Assembly (NCBI GenBank): GCA_001778055.1 | Contig: MFFY01000061.1 | Span: 515 to 64,514 of the forward strand | Origin: Candidatus Falkowbacteria bacterium RIFCSPLOWO2_12_FULL_45_13 | GTDB taxonomy: Bacteria; Patescibacteriota; Patescibacteriia; Patescibacteriales; GWC2-42-12 | Length of the DNA stretch: 64,000 nucleotides | Direction of reading: 5' to 3' | Part shown: positions 1-10,073 of the stretch, one piece after another | Numbering within the stretch: position 1 is the first letter of the stretch | How the letters are laid out: the number at the start of each line of letters is the position of its first letter | The notes under the pieces: generated by a model | The model's input: the letters and a program-made list of their open reading frames with translations, nothing else | What the model was told of the DNA's origin: nothing | Databases searched by the model: none | Program-made: the position numbers and the translations under genes

Positions 1-66
1 GTAAAATGCAAAAATCAAAATGTAAAATTAAAAGTTAGTTTCAATTTTTCATTTTTAACTGTCATT

Positions 67-1812
67 TTACATTTTGAGATTTAAATTTAAAACTTTCCTT
101 ATATCCACGATCTTCATCTGTACCGACCGCCGTCCGTTAAATTCGTTAAATTCCAAATAATAAACCGCGTCCACCTGGTCGCCAATCTTAAAGTTTTTGC
201 AGTTTTCCGCCTGGCAAAACCCGACGGCCCATAGATTGCCGAACCTAAATTTTATATGTTGGGCATTGGCGCCCATATTGACCTTATCCATTATTTTGAG
301 ACCGCGGCTTAAAAATTTCGGCCGGTCATTTTCTTCGCCGAAAGGCTCAAACTCTGCCAAAGTTTCTACCAGTTCGCTAGTTATTTCCGCCGTGCTAATT
401 TCCGCTTCAATTAAAATTTTAGGCGCCAATTCCGCGCCGGCCAATTCTTTGGCGGCCATAGCTTTTATTTTTTTAGAAAACTCCCCTAAATCTTCCCGGC
501 TTTTCAAAGTCAAACCGCAAGCCGCGGCGTGGCCGCCGAATTTTTTCAGATGCTGGCTTAATTGTTCAACCGCGCGAATGATATTAAATTCTTCTATGCT
601 CCGACCCGAGCCTTTAATTTCTTTATCAAATTTGGTGATCACCAGAGCCGGACGCGAATAGGCTTCGCAAAGCCTGCCCGCTACCAGCCCCATCACTCCT
701 TCGGGCCAGGGCCGGTTCCCCCGCCCGTCTTTGCCAGGACAAACCACCACTAAAATTTTATCGTCCAGCATTTTTCCCTCTACCATCTTTTGGGCAACGG
801 CGAATATTTCTTCGGTTATTTTTTGCCTGGCCTGATTTTTTTCATTAAGCTTTTGAGCGATTTCTCTAGCCTCGGTTTTGTCCTTGGTAATCAATAATTC
901 ATAGGCCGTATTGGCATGGTCCATCCGGCCGGCGGAATTTAAACGCGGCGCCAGCTGCCAGCCAATATTCCAGGCCTTAATCTCCCTTTCTCCATTTGAA
1001 TTAATTTGCGAAACTTTTATTAATTCATCAAGGCCCGTTCGTTTGCGCTGATTGATTATTTTCAATCCGGCTTTGACTAAAATTCTGTTTTCTCCGACCA
1101 AACTAACCATATCAGCCACCGTGCCGACGGCCACTAAATCTAAAATTTTATCTTCAAGTTTGACTTTTAAATTATCGTCCAATTTAGAGCGCTCAATCAG
1201 GGCTTTGGCGAATTTAAAGGCCACGCCGACTCCGGCTAAAAATTTATCAGGATAATCATCGGCCTTGGGATTGATAATCAAACAATCAGGCCAATCATCT
1301 CGGCTGGCCGGGACCTCGTGATGATCGGTCACGATTATGTCCAAACCCAGGCTGGCCGCGTAGACAACTTCTTTTTTATTGCGAATACCGTTATCGACGG
1401 TAATAATTAATTTAACCGCCTTTTTGGCGAATGCCTCAATCGCTTTTTTATTCAATCCATAACCCTCGCTGATTCTCCCTGGAATATAAACGCTGGCTTT
1501 GGCTTTAAAAGTATTTAGAATTTCAGTTAAAACCGCCGCGGCCGTGACCCCATCGGCGTCATAATCGCCGTAGACGACGATTGGTTCCCGCGCTTTGATG
1601 TGTTTAATCGTCAGGTCCGCGGCCGCCGCCATGTCCTTAAACAAAAATGGATCCGCCAAATCAGCCGAAGAGGAATTAAGAAATAATTTTATGTCTTTTT
1701 TCTGAATCAATCCCCGATTAAAAAAAAGCTGCGCAATAATTTTACCATATTCAATCTGCTGTTTAGCAAATTCAGCCGATAACTTGGGTTTTAGCTGCCA
1801 TTTATTTTGCAT
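67..1812 (-). CDS. recJ: ssDNA-specific exonuclease RecJ
   Basis: YGDYDADG, ITVDNG, VTDHH, APRLNSAGRM and FGGHAAACG DHH/DHHA1 motifs. Confidence 0.97.
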   Translation of the reverse strand: MQNKWQLKPKLSAEFAKQQIEYGKIIAQLFFNRGLIQKKDIKLFLNSSSADLADPFLFKDMAAAADLTIKHIKAREPIVVYGDYDADGVTAAAVLTEILNTFKAKASVYIPGRISEGYGLNKKAIEAFAKKAVKLIITVDNGIRNKKEVVYAASLGLDIIVTDHHEVPASRDDWPDCLIINPKADDYPDKFLAGVGVAFKFAKALIERSKLDDNLKVKLEDKILDLVAVGTVADMVSLVGENRILVKAGLKIINQRKRTGLDELIKVSQINSNGEREIKAWNIGWQLAPRLNSAGRMDHANTAYELLITKDKTEAREIAQKLNEKNQARQKITEEIFAVAQKMVEGKMLDDKILVVVCPGKDGRGNRPWPEGVMGLVAGRLCEAYSRPALVITKFDKEIKGSGRSIEEFNIIRAVEQLSQHLKKFGGHAAACGLTLKSREDLGEFSKKIKAMAAKELAGAELAPKILIEAEISTAEITSELVETLAEFEPFGEENDRPKFLSRGLKIMDKVNMGANAQHIKFRFGNLWAVGFCQAENCKNFKIGDQVDAVYYLEFNEFNGRRSVQMKIVDIRKVLNLNLKM

Positions 1813-1821
1813 AAAATAAAC

Positions 1822-2344
1822 TACCTCGCAGCAAGCTGACGAGGTATTAACCCTCGAAAAGTCTTGGCTGATTGGTATGAATTTGTTCGTACTTTAAACC
1901 TTAATTTTGAACATACTGCTTGATAGCCTCTTCGCTTGCTGCTTTACCAACCGTGTTAATGTAATAACCTTTCGTCCAAAATTCACCGCCCCAAAGCAAT
2001 TTTCTGATTTCCGGCTTTACGCGAAATATTTCCCGAGCCGTGATGCTTTTGACTATTTTCGCCAAATTGGTGGGGCTGATCATCGGAACAGACTGAATTA
2101 GAAAATGAACATGGTTTTGGTCAACGCCGATTTCAACAAAATGTATGTCAAACCTTTTTTCAATCTCCAAACAAATCTTCTTAATCTCTTGGTCTGCACC
2201 GGCCACATCCCTAAATACATTTCTGCGATATTTGGCCGGACAAACCAAATGATATAGTAGCAACGACGAATTATGTGATTTTTTTATGTGTTCGGACATG
2301 TTTTCATTCTAACGTACCCGCCCCTCGAGGCAAGCCTCGGGGAA
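1822..2344 (-). mobile_element. IS200/IS605-family element bounded by GCAAGC-centred hairpins
   Basis: Hairpins TACCTCGCAGCAAGCTGACGAGGTA (1822-1846) and CCCCTCGAGGCAAGCCTCGGGG (from 2321) flank a Y1 transposase ORF. Confidence 0.8.
1847..2299 (-). pseudogene. tnpA: IS200-type Y1 transposase TnpA with a premature stop at 1901-1903
   Basis: YHLVCPAKYRR, HVH (HUH), LWGGEFW, YVQN then TAA where a conserved Q is expected; the frame continues GLKYEQIHTNQPRLFEG* to 1847. Confidence 0.8.
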
Positions 2345-2480
2345 ATCTATTCCATTATACCAATAAATCTACGAATCTGCTATAAATATCACGAATAAAT
2401 ATAACGCTAATTCGTGAATACATGATAATGCAGCGAGCAATATTTGTAATATTCGTAGCTGATTTGTAGATTCGTGGGGT

Positions 2481-2576
2481 TCAAAAAAAGCCGCCCACAG
2501 TCCAGGCCAGCATACTGAAAATCACCATCACGCTGATAATCACCCAAAGAATTTTTTGCAAAGGTTTCTTTTTCAT
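2481..2576 (-). CDS. small single-TM membrane peptide, 31 aa (MKKKPLQKILWVIISVMVIFSMLAWTVGGFF)
   Basis: Translated by hand; basic N-terminus plus hydrophobic helix, same strand as lepA, below ORF-track cutoff. Confidence 0.6.
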   Translation of the reverse strand: MKKKPLQKILWVIISVMVIFSMLAWTVGGFF

Positions 2577-2585
2577 ATTTATTGC

Positions 2586-2740
2586 TGTCATTGCGAGGAG
2601 CAAATGTAGCGAAGCGAAACGAGCGAGCGGCAACCTCACGGATGTCTATATTTCACTAAATCTCGCAAAGTTTTATAATGATTATTTTCATCGTTCGTGA
2701 GATTGCTTCGTCGCCTGATTACAGGCTCCTCGCAATGACA
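2586..2740. repeat. TGTCATTGCGA...TCGCAATGACA palindromic element, copy 1
   Basis: Terminal inverted repeats and internal GCAACCTC/GAGATTGC; related copies at 11744 and 33164. Confidence 0.9.
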
Positions 2741-2790
2741 AACGATATTGTACGCCACTCACCATGAAAACTCGCATAATGATATAAATT

Positions 2791-4620
2791 TTACCTCTTT
2801 AATAACTTAATAAACGTATCCGATGGAATTTCCACGCTGCCCTTACCGTGAGCCGTCATTTTCTTTTTGCCCTTTTTCTGCTTTTCCAACAATTTGCGTT
2901 TGCGCGTGACGTCGCCGCCGTAAAGCTTGGCCGTAACGTCTTTTTTCATGGCGGAAATTCTCTCGGCCGCGATAATTTTCCCGCCGATAGCCGCCTGCAA
3001 TTTGACCGCGAACATCTGCTTGGGCAAAGTTTCTTTTAAAGTAACCACGACTTCTTTACCGCGCTTAAAGGCTTCATCGCGATAAATTATCATGGCCAGC
3101 GCCTCGATCGCGTCTTCGGCCACCAGGATATCCATTTTTGCCACGTCGGCTTGCCTATAGGCGATAAAATCATAATTAACCGAAGCATAACCAGAGCTGG
3201 CGCTTTTTATTTTATCATAAAAATCCGTCAAAATCGCGACCAAGGGGATTTCATAATGCAAAATCACCCTGGTCTCGTCAATATACTCGGTATTCTTATA
3301 AATACCGCGCTTCTCCTGCACCAAATTCAAAATTGGCCCGATATATTCTTTGGGCGCGATGATATCCAGACTAACCCATGGCTCTTCAATCCTGTCTGTT
3401 TGCGAAGGGTCAGGCAATTTCTGCGGACTGCGGATGATCAGTCCTTCGCCGTTCTTTTTAAAAACCTTGTAGGCGACGCTGGGAACGGTAACGATTAAAT
3501 TTAAATTATATTCTCTTTTCAGGCGCTCTTGAAAAATTTCCAAATGCAATAACCCCAAAAAACCGCATCTGAAGCCAAAACCCAAAGCTTCGGAATTTTC
3601 CGGCTCATAAATTAAAGCGGCATCGTTAAGCTTTAATTTGGCTAGGGCTTCTCTTAATTCCTCAAATTCATTGCCCTCGCGCGGAAAAATTCCGGCAAAA
3701 ACCATTGGCTTTACTTCATCATAGCCTTTTAGCGCTTTGGTGTCATGGCTAAACTTCGTTAGCGCCACTGTGTCGCCCACTCGGGCATAGCTGACGTCTC
3801 TAAAACCGGTAACAATATAGCCAATCTCGCCTGCCTTTAATTCGCCGGTTGACTTATACTCCGGTTTAAACACCCCGGCGTCCAAAGCTTCGCTTTTGGC
3901 CTGGGTGGCAAGCAATACTATTTTATCGCCCTTTTTCACCATGCCGTCGAAGATTCTGACATAAACCACCACGCCGCGGTATTCGTCATAGGTTGAATCA
4001 AAAATCAACGCCCGCAAAGGCCTTTCGTCATAATCTATCCAATCGCCGTTTGATCGAGATTTCGCCATTTTATTATATTTTTCAGCCGGTGCCGGGACGC
4101 GGTCAATTACCGTTTTTAACACTTCAACCACGCCCTGTCCGGTTTTAGCGGAAGCTAAAATAATCTCTTGAGGCTGACAACCTAATAAATGAATAATTTC
4201 TTTTTTTGTTTTTTCTATATTGGCCGCCGGCAAATCAATTTTGTTTATCACCGGAATAACGGCTAAATTCTGCTCTAAGGCTAAGTATAAATTGGCCATG
4301 GTTTGCGCCTGAATGCCCTGGGTCGCGTCCACGAGCATTATGGCGCCCTCAACCGCGGCCAGGCTGCGAGAAACCTCATAGGTAAAATCCACATGTCCCG
4401 GCGTATCAATCAAATTTAGAATGAAGCCCGAGTATTCCATTCTGACCGGCTGCAGCTTAATGGTAATTCCCCTTTCCCGCTCCAGATCCATTTGGTCAAG
4501 CACCTGATTTCTCATTTTTCTTTTCTCAATCGTGCCGGTTATTTCCAGCATGCGGTCAGCCATGGTGGACTTGCCGTGGTCAATATGGGCAATGATGCAA
4601 AAATTTCTTATCTTGGACAT
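2791..4620 (-). CDS. lepA: Elongation factor 4 (LepA)
   Basis: IAHIDHGKST, DTPGHVDF, GFRCGFLGLLH, KLYGGDVTRKRKLLEKQK. Confidence 0.98.
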   Translation of the reverse strand: MSKIRNFCIIAHIDHGKSTMADRMLEITGTIEKRKMRNQVLDQMDLERERGITIKLQPVRMEYSGFILNLIDTPGHVDFTYEVSRSLAAVEGAIMLVDATQGIQAQTMANLYLALEQNLAVIPVINKIDLPAANIEKTKKEIIHLLGCQPQEIILASAKTGQGVVEVLKTVIDRVPAPAEKYNKMAKSRSNGDWIDYDERPLRALIFDSTYDEYRGVVVYVRIFDGMVKKGDKIVLLATQAKSEALDAGVFKPEYKSTGELKAGEIGYIVTGFRDVSYARVGDTVALTKFSHDTKALKGYDEVKPMVFAGIFPREGNEFEELREALAKLKLNDAALIYEPENSEALGFGFRCGFLGLLHLEIFQERLKREYNLNLIVTVPSVAYKVFKKNGEGLIIRSPQKLPDPSQTDRIEEPWVSLDIIAPKEYIGPILNLVQEKRGIYKNTEYIDETRVILHYEIPLVAILTDFYDKIKSASSGYASVNYDFIAYRQADVAKMDILVAEDAIEALAMIIYRDEAFKRGKEVVVTLKETLPKQMFAVKLQAAIGGKIIAAERISAMKKDVTAKLYGGDVTRKRKLLEKQKKGKKKMTAHGKGSVEIPSDTFIKLLKR

Positions 4621-4777
4621 AATATTCGTAAATTTACAAAATATAACCCGGCAATTCGCGGGCTATCGCTATCATCATCCTACTAATTTTTAAGGGTTAG
4701 GTCAAATTTTATTATATTTTTAATAAAAAACACGGTGCTCGTTTAAAAGCTCCGTGTCGCGGTTTCGGCTTTCACGC

Positions 4778-4969
4778 CTACGATTGGCCTACAAGGCCAA
4801 AAGGATCCTCCTCTGCGGACAAATCGGAAAAGCCTTGTGGCTCGGGTTTGGGCAGACTTTCCGTACTTACGTGGTCTTTGCAATACGAAACAATTCGCAA
4901 AGAGACCTCGTCCTCGCTAACAGTCAAGTACTCCACACTTTTCCCGTCTTGTCTACACATTGTTATCAT
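4778..4969 (-). CDS. hypothetical protein, 63 aa
   Basis: ATG ORF after an A-rich leader, followed by a hairpin; no motif recognised. Confidence 0.35.
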   Translation of the reverse strand: MITMCRQDGKSVEYLTVSEDEVSLRIVSYCKDHVSTESLPKPEPQGFSDLSAEEDPFGLVGQS

Positions 4970-5004
4970 AATTTTTTATTTGTTTTTTATTGAAAATTTT
5001 AAGC

Positions 5005-5352
5005 TCATGCCGCCCAGCGTATCCGCCACTCCGGCACATGTTCAGCCTGACATTTTTTAATAAGCCGCCAATGTTCATCAGCCTGCTTATATTCGCAAGT
5101 TCTGTAGGTGCACTTTTTGTGGTCGTGGTACGGAACAAAATCCGTCTCGTAAAGGATTACAAAGCGCGGAGAGCCGATTGAGTGAAGCTCAATTAAGAGC
5201 TCGCGGTGGCATTTGTTAATCGTTATCAGTGCAACCACTGCCTGCACCTTGATTATTAGTTTTCCGATACATATCAGTAGCAGCAGCAATGCCAACAAAG
5301 GCGAGAGTGCTACAATGGCGATGATCAGTCCTGCCAACTTTACTATTTTCAT
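5005..5352 (-). CDS. hypothetical membrane protein with Cys/His-rich C-terminus
   Basis: AGAGGA upstream of ATG; N-terminal hydrophobic segment. Confidence 0.55.
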   Translation of the reverse strand: MKIVKLAGLIIAIVALSPLLALLLLLICIGKLIIKVQAVVALITINKCHRELLIELHSIGSPRFVILYETDFVPYHDHKKCTYRTCEYKQADEHWRLIKKCQAEHVPEWRIRWAA

Positions 5353-5558
5353 TATTAATCCTCTGTTTGTTGATGTTGATTGCGTTTATTGCAGGTTGCA
5401 AATATTCTTCCGCAAGTTAAAGGATAGAGTATCTAAAACCTGCAATAATTAGCTAATCTTATTTAATTTTAAGGTACGATGATTAACTTTGATTTATACC
5501 ACAAAAATTAATTAATGTCCAGACCGAAAATTAATCCAAAATCGCAAATCATAAATTC

Positions 5559-7199
5559 TTAGATGCCTCTGGCTTCTCCCTGATCCGGAGAGCCAACTTT
5601 TTTACCCGGCCAACGGCGTTTCAAAGATGACCAAAAGTTAAATAATTCCTCGCTTTTTAAAGTCAAACAAACTAAAACATAAACAAAAATTCCCGCCAAA
5701 CCGGCAACTAGGCCTTGAGTTAAAACGCCCCAAAATCTGGTCATGTCAATATTGGCGCCGATAATTAATTTCACGCCCTGAACCGCCAGCCCGGCCGCCA
5801 AAGCGGCTAATAAAAATTTTATGGTTGAAACAAATATTTTAATTTCATCTAACCAGCCAATCTCCAGATTCAGCCACAGCCAAAGCAAAATCAAGTTCAT
5901 GACGCTGGCCAGAGAAAAGGCCAAAGCCAAACCAGCGACGCCCAGGCGGTCGGACAGCCAAATTGATAAAAAAATGTTGGCTAACGCCGCGATCAGGCCG
6001 ATGATAAAAGGAGTTTTAGCCGTCAAACGGGCATAAAAGACGCGAACCAATAGCGGAATCAAGGCTTGGGCGAAAAGCGACAAGCAAAAAAAGCCCAGAG
6101 TATCAATCGTCAGAACCGTGTCCTGCCAATCAAACTGGCCGGTGCCTAAAATAACCCTGATAATTTGCGCGCGCAAAGCCAGCAGAATAACGGTGGCCGG
6201 TATGATAAAAAACAATATTTGCCGTACCGTTAAAGACAGGTCTTTAACCAAAATTTTTTTATCAAAAGCCGCGGCCGACATGGCCGGAAAGGCGGCGATG
6301 GCGAAGGAAATGCCGAAAATGCCCACCGGAAAAGACTGTAAATTGTTGGCTAGATTGAACACCGCCAGCGACCCGCTGGCCAAGGTTGAGGCGATAATAG
6401 TAATAACCAGTAAATTTAGCTGCGAAATAGCCAGGCTCATGGTCCGCGGTACCATCATCAGCCAAATTTTCATGACTTTCTCGCTTCTAAAATTAAAACT
6501 TAATTTATACTTAAAGCCAAGTTGAATCAGGGCAGGAAGTTGAATCAGCAGATGAGCCAGAGCGCCCAGGCAGACGCCCCAGGCCAAACCGTAAATTCCC
6601 CAGCTTGGCGCTAAAAATAAAGCGCCGATAATAATGCCGATATTATAAAAAATCGGCGATAAGGAATAAACAAAAAATCTTTTAAACGATTGCAAGACGC
6701 CGCCGCAGACGCTGGAAATACCTAAAAAAATCGGCGATAAAAACATTATTCTTGATAAATTTATGGTCAAGGCCATTTTCTCCTGATTAAATCCGGGAGT
6801 AATCAGCTTCATAATTTGCGGAGCGAAAATCACGCCCAAGCCACATAAAATTATGAGCCCGACGGTTAAAATGTTTAAGACGTTGCTGGTTAATTCCCAG
6901 GCCTCTTTATACCGATCGCCAAATAAAGAGCGGACTTTTTGCAGCGGTCCGTTAATCAATGAGGTGAAAATCGGAATAAAGCCGGCCGACAGCGCCCCCA
7001 ATATAAGCAAATTAAAAATTAAATCCGGGACGCGGAAAGCCGCGTAATAAATATCCAAAGTATCGCCGGCGCCAAACTGACCGGCTAAAATCCGATCGCG
7101 AAAAATTCCCAAAAAACGGCTGATTAAAGAAGATCCGCCGACCAGCAAGGCGGCCATGGTGATGCTGTTTATTTCGCCATTGAGCAGACGTTTGATCAT
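5559..7199 (-). CDS. murJ: Lipid II flippase MurJ (MviN)
   Basis: SRFLGIFRD, DIYYAAFRVPD, multi-TM profile. Confidence 0.95.
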   Translation of the reverse strand: MIKRLLNGEINSITMAALLVGGSSLISRFLGIFRDRILAGQFGAGDTLDIYYAAFRVPDLIFNLLILGALSAGFIPIFTSLINGPLQKVRSLFGDRYKEAWELTSNVLNILTVGLIILCGLGVIFAPQIMKLITPGFNQEKMALTINLSRIMFLSPIFLGISSVCGGVLQSFKRFFVYSLSPIFYNIGIIIGALFLAPSWGIYGLAWGVCLGALAHLLIQLPALIQLGFKYKLSFNFRSEKVMKIWLMMVPRTMSLAISQLNLLVITIIASTLASGSLAVFNLANNLQSFPVGIFGISFAIAAFPAMSAAAFDKKILVKDLSLTVRQILFFIIPATVILLALRAQIIRVILGTGQFDWQDTVLTIDTLGFFCLSLFAQALIPLLVRVFYARLTAKTPFIIGLIAALANIFLSIWLSDRLGVAGLALAFSLASVMNLILLWLWLNLEIGWLDEIKIFVSTIKFLLAALAAGLAVQGVKLIIGANIDMTRFWGVLTQGLVAGLAGIFVYVLVCLTLKSEELFNFWSSLKRRWPGKKVGSPDQGEARGI

Positions 7200-7284
7200 A
7201 ATTAAAAGATACTATAACCAAGAAACAATAATCAAACAAGTAAAATTGCAAATTCAAAACTAAATTTTATTATTCACCTTTTGG

Positions 7285-8337
7285 TTATTGGTTATTCAAG
7301 ATTTCCTTGACTTCCCTCATAATCATCAGCTCTTCATCGGTTTTAATCGCCAGCACGGGCAGCTCGCCTAAACATTTAATTTTTTTCATAACTTCTAAAC
7401 GTGTCGTCGGGTTGCCCGAGCCAATCGCGCCGGTAAAAATTATCGCGTCCACCCGGCCATTAAGCTCGACCCAATAAGCGCCAATATATTTAGCCAAACG
7501 GTTAATCGCCAAGGCAAAGGCTAATTTTGCCGCCCGGCCGCCCAAAGAGACGTTGGTTAAAAACGTCAGATAATTTTCAGAACCAGACAAACCCTTAATG
7601 CCTGACTGCTTATTTAATATATCATAAAGTTGATCCAGCTTGGCCCGGTTCAATTCTCCCGGCATAATTTCCAGCAGTTTAAAAATTATCCCCGGGTCCA
7701 TGTCCCCCGCTCTGGCCATCATGACTAAGCCCTCCAAGGGAGTAAATCCCATGGAAGTATCGACTGGCAAGCCGTTTTTTATGGCGGTAATGGACCAGCC
7801 GCCGCCCAAATGACAACTGATTAAATTTATTTTATGGACTTTTTTCTGCAGCAGCTTGGCGGCTTCAATCATGACAAATTTATGCGAAATGCCATGAAAA
7901 CCGTAGCGGCGGAGATTATATTTTTCCGTTAACTCCAAGGGCAAAGCGTAAAATTTAGCCGTTTCAGGCAGATCGTGGTAAAAGGCCGTATCAAAAACCC
8001 CCACCTGCTTGGCTTGCGGCAGATAGGCTATGGCCGCCCTGATGCCGGCCAAATTATAAGGATTATGGAGCGGCGCCAAATCATTGAATTGCTCCAATTC
8101 AAAAAGGCGGCTGGCGTCAACTAGCAGCGGTTGAAAAAATTTGTGGCCGCCATGAACCACTCTGTGCCCCACGGCCGCCAAATCCCTCAAATCACCGATT
8201 TCTCTTAAAACTAACTTGACGGCCGTAAAATGGTCTTTAATATTTTCAATGCAACCTTGCTTGATCTCCTTTTCATCATCGGCGAAGAGCTTGTATTTGA
8301 CCGAAGTAGAACCTGAATTTATGGCTAAAATGGACAT
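7285..8337 (-). CDS. ackA: Acetate kinase
   Basis: INSGSTSVK, GHRVVHGG, LAPLHN, RRYGFHGISH, DTSMGFTPLEG, TDEE. Confidence 0.95.
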   Translation of the reverse strand: MSILAINSGSTSVKYKLFADDEKEIKQGCIENIKDHFTAVKLVLREIGDLRDLAAVGHRVVHGGHKFFQPLLVDASRLFELEQFNDLAPLHNPYNLAGIRAAIAYLPQAKQVGVFDTAFYHDLPETAKFYALPLELTEKYNLRRYGFHGISHKFVMIEAAKLLQKKVHKINLISCHLGGGWSITAIKNGLPVDTSMGFTPLEGLVMMARAGDMDPGIIFKLLEIMPGELNRAKLDQLYDILNKQSGIKGLSGSENYLTFLTNVSLGGRAAKLAFALAINRLAKYIGAYWVELNGRVDAIIFTGAIGSGNPTTRLEVMKKIKCLGELPVLAIKTDEELMIMREVKEILNNQ

Positions 8338-8453
8338 AATAAAAATTTAAAATGTAAAAATTAAAATGTAAAATTATTGTAAAAATTACTCCGTAAAAAA
8401 AATTAAAATTTTTTTCACTCCATAATTTTTAATTTTAATTTTTACATTTTAAA

Positions 8454-10049
8454 CTAAATTAGACTCCGGCCCGTCATCTCGGCCGACTTTTCCAAATTCA
8501 TCAGTTTCAAAATTGTCGGCGCCACATCGGATAATATGCCTTGCGGCTGAACCAGGCTCAAATCTCCGCCGGGCGCGTCTCCTAAAGACAGGCTCTTGCC
8601 TTCATAGTCTTGGCCAACAATTATGAACGGCACGGGGTTGGCCGAATGCTCTTTGTCTATCTGGCCGGTTTGCATATTAAACAAAACCTCGGCGTTGCCG
8701 TGATCGGCGGTAATAAATATCAAACCGGATTTGCTTAAGACAGATTTAACAATTCTGCCCAGGCACTTATCAACCGTTTCAACGGCTTTAGCCGTGGCTT
8801 TTAAATTACCGGTATGGCCGACCATATCGGCGTTGGCGTAATTAACCAAAATAAAGTCATAACTGTCTTGTTCAACCGCCTCAACAACTTTGTCGGTTAT
8901 TTTAACGGCCGACATCTCGGGTTGTTCGTCATAACTGGAAACCGCCGGTGATTGAATTAACACATGGTCTTCGTCGATAGACTTGCTTTCTCGGCCGCCG
9001 TTAAAAAAATAAGTCACATGAGCGTATTTTTCGGTTTCCGCGATCCTTAACTGTTTCAGGCCGGCTTTAGCTAAAATTTCACCGAAAGTATGCCTGATAA
9101 TTTCCTTGGGAAAAACCGTTTCCATGGGTAAACTAATTTCATATTCGGAAAAGCCAGCAAAAAATATTTTCAAGTATTTTTCCCGCTTAAATTTTTCAAA
9201 ACCGGGCAAGACAAAAGCCTTAGCCAGCTGGCGCGCCCGGTCCGGCCGGTAATTAAAAAATATTACCACGTCGCCGTCTTCAATCATGGCCACAGGTTTA
9301 TTATTTTTAACAATTACCGTGGGCATAAACTCTTCGTCGTAAATCTTCTTTTTATAGCTGGCTTCAACCGCTTTCCCGGCCGACTCGTGTTTCTCGCCCA
9401 GGCCTTGCGTTATGGCTTGATACGACTTAGCCGTTCTACCCCAATGATTATCGCGGTCCATGGCATAAAATCGGCCGTGGACCGTGGCAATTTTGCCGAC
9501 AGTCCCTTTAAGAGATCTTTCGATTTCTTGAATAAAATTAATTCCGGAATTGAACGGCGTGTCCCGGCCGTCTAAAATCGCGTGAATATAAAAATTTTTC
9601 ACCTTCTTCTCTTTGGCCATTTCAATCAAGGCTTGAAGATGCTCCAGCGAAGAATGAACCGCTCCGGAGGAAACCAAACCGATAAAATGCAACTTTGAAT
9701 TATGATTTTCCGCCTGTTCAATGGCCTTTAACAAAACTTTATTCTTGTAAAAACTGCGGTCGGCGATCATTTTGTTGATTCTGGGCAAGCTCTGATATAA
9801 AATCCTCCCCAGCCCTAAATTAAGATGGCCGACTTCGCTATTGCCCGATTCGCCCCAAGGCAAGCCCACGCCCTCGCCCGAAGCCACTAATGTGGCGGAC
9901 GGGTACTTGGTTATATAGTTATTGATATTCGGGGTATTGGCCTGGCTAATGGCGTTGCCGGAATAAGGAGTGGTAATGCCCCAGCCATCCAAGACGATCA
10001 GCACGACTGGTTTTGGGCGTAAATTTTGTTCTTTATTTACCATAGACAT
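8454..10049 (-). CDS. gpmI: 2,3-BPG-independent phosphoglycerate mutase, copy A
   Basis: LDGWG, GNSEVGH, DGRD, ETEKYAHVTYFFNGG, DMVGHTG, TADHGN. Confidence 0.96.
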   Translation of the reverse strand: MSMVNKEQNLRPKPVVLIVLDGWGITTPYSGNAISQANTPNINNYITKYPSATLVASGEGVGLPWGESGNSEVGHLNLGLGRILYQSLPRINKMIADRSFYKNKVLLKAIEQAENHNSKLHFIGLVSSGAVHSSLEHLQALIEMAKEKKVKNFYIHAILDGRDTPFNSGINFIQEIERSLKGTVGKIATVHGRFYAMDRDNHWGRTAKSYQAITQGLGEKHESAGKAVEASYKKKIYDEEFMPTVIVKNNKPVAMIEDGDVVIFFNYRPDRARQLAKAFVLPGFEKFKREKYLKIFFAGFSEYEISLPMETVFPKEIIRHTFGEILAKAGLKQLRIAETEKYAHVTYFFNGGRESKSIDEDHVLIQSPAVSSYDEQPEMSAVKITDKVVEAVEQDSYDFILVNYANADMVGHTGNLKATAKAVETVDKCLGRIVKSVLSKSGLIFITADHGNAEVLFNMQTGQIDKEHSANPVPFIIVGQDYEGKSLSLGDAPGGDLSLVQPQGILSDVAPTILKLMNLEKSAEMTGRSLI

Positions 10050-10073
10050 TAATTTTAAATTTAAAATTTTTGA

